DNA of 64,000 nucleotides from a virus: IMG/VR virus record IMGVR_UViG_3300032668_000013, positions 1 to 64,000 of that record; one strand, 5' to 3'. Shown piece by piece: positions 59,226 to 64,000 of this stretch (position 1 is its first letter; each line of letters starts with the position of its first letter). The notes under the pieces were generated by a model. It saw only the letters and a program-made list of their open reading frames with translations, ran no database searches and was not told where the DNA came from. The position numbers and the translations under genes were made by a program.

Positions 59226-61158
59226 ATTTTAATCCATTTCTTTCTATTATATCATAAAGTTCTTTTACTTTATTTTCTAAGTAAGCTACTTTTGCTACTA
59301 AAACTTCATTATAGTTTAGGGCTAAATAACCATCTTCTTTTTTTATTATAGAACTTGGTACAATATCTTCTACATCTTGTGCTATATAACCTATATGAGA
59401 ATTACCACCAATTACATAAGATGCAGATTTAATAGAATCAATTCCTTCTATTACTGGGTTGTAAACTATATTTGACTTTAATCTTAAATCAGAATCAAAT
59501 CCACCTGTTTGCGCAGTTATAGAACCACTAGCTGATATATTTCCTGAAAAATAAGCATTACCACTAACTTGAAGTATCGCAGATCCTTGACTTTGTGTAA
59601 ATCCAATTAATACATTACCTGTATTATTATTAAAAATATCATTTATATTATTTGACCAATTTGGAGAAAGTGCTCCACTTGGATTAATTAATAATGAACC
59701 ATCATTACTAAAAGTTCCAGTTCCTATATTTCCAACAACACCTATACATTGAGCTGGATAACCAATCGGAAGAGAAGATGTTAAACCTCCATTATAATCT
59801 ATATATAGTTTTGTACCAAGACCATAATTCCATGTATTAATATTACGAAATACCCCCATTGCTACATATCTTCCATAACCACCAATAGGAATAGTATCAA
59901 CTGTTATCCCTAATAATTGATTTTGATATTTATCAGGAGATGCACGAACAATACGTCCGCTACTGTCCATAGATATCACAGTATTTGGTGGTAAACTATA
60001 ACTACCGTAATTTAAAACTGTTATAAAAACAGAATTACCTATATTAAATGTTATACCATCACGTCCAGTGTATGTTAATGTATCATAAGTTAAAGCAGAA
60101 GATTGTAAAGCATACAATTGTAAAGAACTAGTTCCAGTAGTAGGAACTGTATTTGATGGCATTTGAATATATCCTGTAATTTTAGCATTTCCTTGAATAT
60201 AAGCATTTCCATTAACTTGTAAACTATATGTTCCATAAAAGAAACTTGTTCCGATTGACAAATTACCTGCAAAGTAATTACTACTTGGATCTGAATTATA
60301 TATACTCCAAGTTCCAGATGGAATTGTACCTCCAATTAATAAAGATGACCAATTAGAAGTATATGTTGATATATTATTAATTGGTATTATTTGTACTCCA
60401 ATTGTATTTGAAAAAAATCCACTTCCTGATATCTGAGGATTAACTACTATTCCAATATTATTAGCAGTTAGTCCTAAATTAGAATAAGTTCCTGATGTAT
60501 ATATACTTAAGCCAGTAATAGATGATGTACCAAATGCAGTTGTTTGTATAGTATTACTTCTAAAAAATCCATTTTGAAAACCATTAAAAATACCAATCCC
60601 TCCAGCCCCTTCTATAAAATTTTGAGCATAAATACCTCCATTTGTAGAAATTGCAGATGCTGAAAGTCCATTATTTCCTGATAAAGAAGAGGCTACAAAT
60701 ATTTTACCACCTATATATGTATCATTACTTACTTGTAAGCTATAAGATCCTGATAAACTTGTATAACTATTAGTCCCAATTAATAATCCAAATGGATTAC
60801 CTTTATTCCAAGAAATAGAAGAATCATATCCTATACTAGTTGTTCCAGTCCATAATGTAACATATCCAAGTGAAGCTGAACCAGTTATATTACCAACTCC
60901 ACCACCTGATTGTTTTAAGACTAATTGTGAATCAGAAGTCCCATTTTGCCACCAATATTCTTGTGGATATGGTTGTGTGCTTGATGTTCCAATTAGTACT
61001 GTTAATCCTATATGTCTATTAGACGCTGATATTCCTGAACATGCAGATGCAGTTGTAGCCCATGGTATAGAAAATCCACTTCCGGAAAAATTTGCATATT
61101 TATAATCTAAAGGTCTACCTGTTCCTAAAAATATACTATCTGATACTTGTACTGACAT
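59224..61158 (-). CDS. Tail fibre protein with C-terminal intramolecular chaperone (peptidase S74-like)
   Basis: G/S/T-rich with IGT.....LQV.G repeats; SDLRLKSNI...GYIAQDVE..VP.....DGY..LNY, then coiled coil. Confidence 0.82.
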   Translation of the reverse strand: MSVQVSDSIFLGTGRPLDYKYANFSGSGFSIPWATTASACSGISASNRHIGLTVLIGTSSTQPYPQEYWWQNGTSDSQLVLKQSGGGVGNITGSASLGYVTLWTGTTSIGYDSSISWNKGNPFGLLIGTNSYTSLSGSYSLQVSNDTYIGGKIFVASSLSGNNGLSASAISTNGGIYAQNFIEGAGGIGIFNGFQNGFFRSNTIQTTAFGTSSITGLSIYTSGTYSNLGLTANNIGIVVNPQISGSGFFSNTIGVQIIPINNISTYTSNWSSLLIGGTIPSGTWSIYNSDPSSNYFAGNLSIGTSFFYGTYSLQVNGNAYIQGNAKITGYIQMPSNTVPTTGTSSLQLYALQSSALTYDTLTYTGRDGITFNIGNSVFITVLNYGSYSLPPNTVISMDSSGRIVRASPDKYQNQLLGITVDTIPIGGYGRYVAMGVFRNINTWNYGLGTKLYIDYNGGLTSSLPIGYPAQCIGVVGNIGTGTFSNDGSLLINPSGALSPNWSNNINDIFNNNTGNVLIGFTQSQGSAILQVSGNAYFSGNISASGSITAQTGGFDSDLRLKSNIVYNPVIEGIDSIKSASYVIGGNSHIGYIAQDVEDIVPSSIIKKEDGYLALNYNEVLVAKVAYLENKVKELYDIIERNGLK

Positions 61159-61187
61159 TTTTATTGTTTATTTTTTATTATTAATAA

Positions 61188-62717
61188 TTATGAAAAGGCA
61201 TAATTATTAGTAGATTGATCAAATGTTAGTGGTGTTCCAATATTATAATATATATTATAAGCTATATTACAATAACCATCATTAATTGATGTTGTAGTAT
61301 ATGACTGAAACGTTCCATTACCCCCTATAGGTCCTCCATTACTAGCAGAAGATCTCCAGTTTGTTTTTGGATATATTGTAGGCACAACCAAAAACAAATA
61401 CCCAGTAACTCCCATTGTATTAACATTTATAGTATCATTATTAATGTATAAATGTTTAGTTAAAAAAGCACAAGTACTTGAAGTCACATCATTAATTATT
61501 TGAGTCATATTATAATTTGTAGTAGAAACCACAACAAAATATGGATAATAAAAATTAATTACTGATGTAACAAATCTACTACTTGATTGTTTAGCATCAT
61601 TAAGAATTATACCAAAATAACCAATAGTAGTACTTGTACTTAATGCACTACTAAAAGTTGGTGATATAGCTCCTGATGTAATAGAAATTGTAGAACCAAT
61701 ATTATAGTAATTTGTTCCATCATTACTATAAGATAATTGATAATATCTTAAAGGAACTAATGGTGAATTTATTGAAATCGAAGTAGATGATAATGTAGTT
61801 CCTACATTACCGATTTCTCTAACAAAACTTGATTCAATTGATTGAGGGTTAGATATTGATTGGGTTAAAGTAATAGTTGGTTGTGCATACGGAGTCATAT
61901 TTATTACACCAATTGAGTTTGCTTCTGCTCCTTGAGTATCTGTTACATCATATTTATAGAAATAATTAATAGGAGTTACAGGTAAGGCAGTATAATTAAC
62001 AGATTGTGTAAAAGTATTAGTATATGTTGCAGTAGGACCTACTTTATTAGTTAAAAAAGTATTAGGTGTAGAAGTTCCATAAGAAACTGTTCCAACAGCA
62101 GCAGTTGCTCCTGCTGAGTTAATAGTATATGATACACTAATAGTTGCTATAATACTTGAGGTATTATAAGGTATTGTTGTTGGTATAACAGATATATTAG
62201 CAGTTGGTGTTAATGGTTGTTGTATAGCATCTAATATAACTTGTTGAGGAGTTTTTCCTATTGCTGGTATTACCGAACCATTAGTATATCTACCAAAACT
62301 ATAACTAGGTCCTAAATATACAGTTGGGTTATAAGTAAAAATATCAACAGTACAAGAATATGTTGAAGATTGAGTTGACCAATAGTAAGACAAATTAGAA
62401 GTTTGATCTACATATAATATATTTGGAGATGCATTAGAAGCAGTTGGAAAAGCGGATATACTACTATATTGTAAAACTCCTCCACCATTATCTTCATCCC
62501 AAGAAGTAGATACTGCTGATTGTGTTCCACCACTAGATAAAAATTTGGCTCCATTAAAAACATAAGTTTTTCTAATATCAGTTTGGAAAACTTTTAAACC
62601 ATCATAAACAACTAAATAGTTCATATTTATTCTAACACTAGAACTTGTTGCTATAATTCTAGTATCTATTGGCTGTGGTGCTGATACATTAAATCCTGAT
62701 ATTTTAGGTATTGACAT
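61188..62717 (-). CDS. Putative tail fibre/adhesin-like structural protein
   Basis: S/T-rich beta-type composition; N-terminal F....P.PID.R motif. Confidence 0.55.
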   Translation of the reverse strand: MSIPKISGFNVSAPQPIDTRIIATSSSVRINMNYLVVYDGLKVFQTDIRKTYVFNGAKFLSSGGTQSAVSTSWDEDNGGGVLQYSSISAFPTASNASPNILYVDQTSNLSYYWSTQSSTYSCTVDIFTYNPTVYLGPSYSFGRYTNGSVIPAIGKTPQQVILDAIQQPLTPTANISVIPTTIPYNTSSIIATISVSYTINSAGATAAVGTVSYGTSTPNTFLTNKVGPTATYTNTFTQSVNYTALPVTPINYFYKYDVTDTQGAEANSIGVINMTPYAQPTITLTQSISNPQSIESSFVREIGNVGTTLSSTSISINSPLVPLRYYQLSYSNDGTNYYNIGSTISITSGAISPTFSSALSTSTTIGYFGIILNDAKQSSSRFVTSVINFYYPYFVVVSTTNYNMTQIINDVTSSTCAFLTKHLYINNDTINVNTMGVTGYLFLVVPTIYPKTNWRSSASNGGPIGGNGTFQSYTTTSINDGYCNIAYNIYYNIGTPLTFDQSTNNYAFS

Positions 62718-62732
62718 TTTATTTTATTTTTT

Positions 62733-64000
62733 TTATGAAAATGTATATTTTCCAGTTGGGTTAGTTTGATAATTTGTATAATATATATAATATAATACAC
62801 CATTCCAATAATGAGTTGATGGTGTAATACTATTAGTCGCTATTTGGAAATTAGCAATAACAGAATCTCCACCTTGATCTGACATAGTACTTAGAAATTT
62901 TCCATAGGTACTTGGGTATATATAATACATATACCCAAAAACAGTTCCAGTAAAATCTAATTGAGATTGATAGCCAATATTTTTTGATAGACCAAAACTA
63001 CTTAAATTAAAGTTACCAAAACTACTAACCATAGTTGAATATGGTATAGTTGATGTTCCATAATAATACGGATAATCGGTATTTATACCAAAAGTATAAG
63101 TTGCTTGCAAATTAGCTATATCTGTTATAGTTAATACATAACTATAACTAGTTTTTGTAGAATTATTAATTGAGTATGTAAATACTGAACCACTATATGT
63201 TCCTGAAAATCCAGGACCAGTTGCTATTACTAGATTAGAAGTAAGACTACCACTAATTATAGCAGATACTACAGTAGTAGTACCTGGATAAATAGTATAA
63301 TTATATGTTATTCCACTAGAACTTGTCAATGATCCTACCTCGTATAAATTACCACTTCCTAAAGGAGTAGTAACTCCTAATGTACAACTTGGGCCTAAAT
63401 CTGGATAAAACATCTTAGTTAATATATCTGACATACTAAGATTACTAAAAGTAAATGGTTTTTTAATACCACCTACTTCTACAGTTATTGATTTAGGATT
63501 ATTATAAGCAAAATTACTACTTATATCTCGCCAACTTACTACATTATTAGAACCTAATATTAAAGCTTGTCCAATTGAACCAGTAGAACTAATTGAAGGG
63601 AATTGATATCCGTTTAAATAAATATTACTAGTTGATGCTGACATCAAATTAATATTACCATTTGGATTAATAACACTAATATCTAATCCTGAGTTTGTAG
63701 CTGCTGTTATAATATATGGAGCATTATTAAATAAAGTTGGATTTCCTGCTAAAAATGTAACTATAGTACTTTGAGTAATAGAATCAGGTTTATTATTAAA
63801 AAAGAATACATCTGTACCATTATTTAATAAAGTAGAGTTCATTACATTACTACCTAAATAATTTCTTTTACCAAAATAAAATGGGTTAGTTAATATACTT
63901 CCAGCACTATCAGAATCTAAACCAATATAATAACTACCTGATGCAGTCGTTTGTTTAAAAACGTTATTTATCCATGTGGTATAAATAGCATCCCTTAAAT
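62733..64000 (-). CDS. Putative tail fibre/adhesin-like protein, 5' end outside the window
   Basis: Frame of the tracked 62733..63842 ORF stays open to the window edge (LRDAIYTTW...GSNVM); YPYYYG and Y.YP..YG motifs. Confidence 0.55.
   Translation of the reverse strand, partial: LRDAIYTTWINNVFKQTTASGSYYIGLDSDSAGSILTNPFYFGKRNYLGSNVMNSTLLNNGTDVFFFNNKPDSITQSTIVTFLAGNPTLFNNAPYIITAATNSGLDISVINPNGNINLMSASTSNIYLNGYQFPSISSTGSIGQALILGSNNVVSWRDISSNFAYNNPKSITVEVGGIKKPFTFSNLSMSDILTKMFYPDLGPSCTLGVTTPLGSGNLYEVGSLTSSSGITYNYTIYPGTTTVVSAIISGSLTSNLVIATGPGFSGTYSGSVFTYSINNSTKTSYSYVLTITDIANLQATYTFGINTDYPYYYGTSTIPYSTMVSSFGNFNLSSFGLSKNIGYQSQLDFTGTVFGYMYYIYPSTYGKFLSTMSDQGGDSVIANFQIATNSITPSTHYWNGVLYYIYYTNYQTNPTGKYTFS

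Noticed and set aside
2680-60335. Short overlapping ORFs in the track (e.g. 2680-2913, 8001-8285, 10324-10611, 12525-12809, 24477-24722, 36219-36509, 41642-41980, 48346-48576, 56704-56985, 60090-60335)
   Set aside because: They are antisense or off-frame shadows of well-supported genes and show no motifs.
1-64000. Stop-codon reassignment
   Set aside because: TAA, TAG and TGA all end genes, and code-11 ORFs tile the window; the two internal TAAs are isolated.
1-64000. tRNA, rRNA or CRISPR arrays
   Set aside because: No cloverleaf or repeat-spacer pattern seen by eye, and intergenic gaps are very short; a tRNA scan was not run.

Overview
A very AT-rich, densely coding segment of a large tailed (jumbo, distantly T4-like myovirus) phage read in the standard genetic code. 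The host is probably a Bacteroidota species, judged from TTTG-N19-TATATTTG promoters and Bacteroidota-like clpP, DUF151 and glycosyltransferase genes. It carries baseplate, neck and tail-fibre genes, replication and recombination genes (split polB, uvsW, uvsX/recA, uvsY-like, clamp-like), host-like genes (infC, greA, dnaJ, clpP, terC, gmk, guaC, a truncated alaS) and nine free-standing homing-endonuclease-like genes. The most striking locus is polB (7126-9993, minus strand). It starts in the fingers domain, and its catalytic motif B is interrupted by a 42-nt insert that has an in-frame TAA in the GUAA loop of a 12-bp hairpin, flanked by matching codons (GGT GCT TAC ... GGT TCT TAC). This is a candidate ribosomal bypass (hop) element, and an HNH gene lies beside it. 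The same gene is fractured again at motif C by a Ser1/Ser+1 split intein with an endonuclease gene between the halves. guaC is fractured by a second split intein. Two peptide tags recur across unrelated proteins: an N-terminal MKx(I/L)KxFxxF..E motif resembling the T4 capsid-targeting sequence, and a C-terminal R-x-x-K-(L/I)-x-x-(I/L)-L motif. All family calls come from motif recognition by eye; no searches were run.
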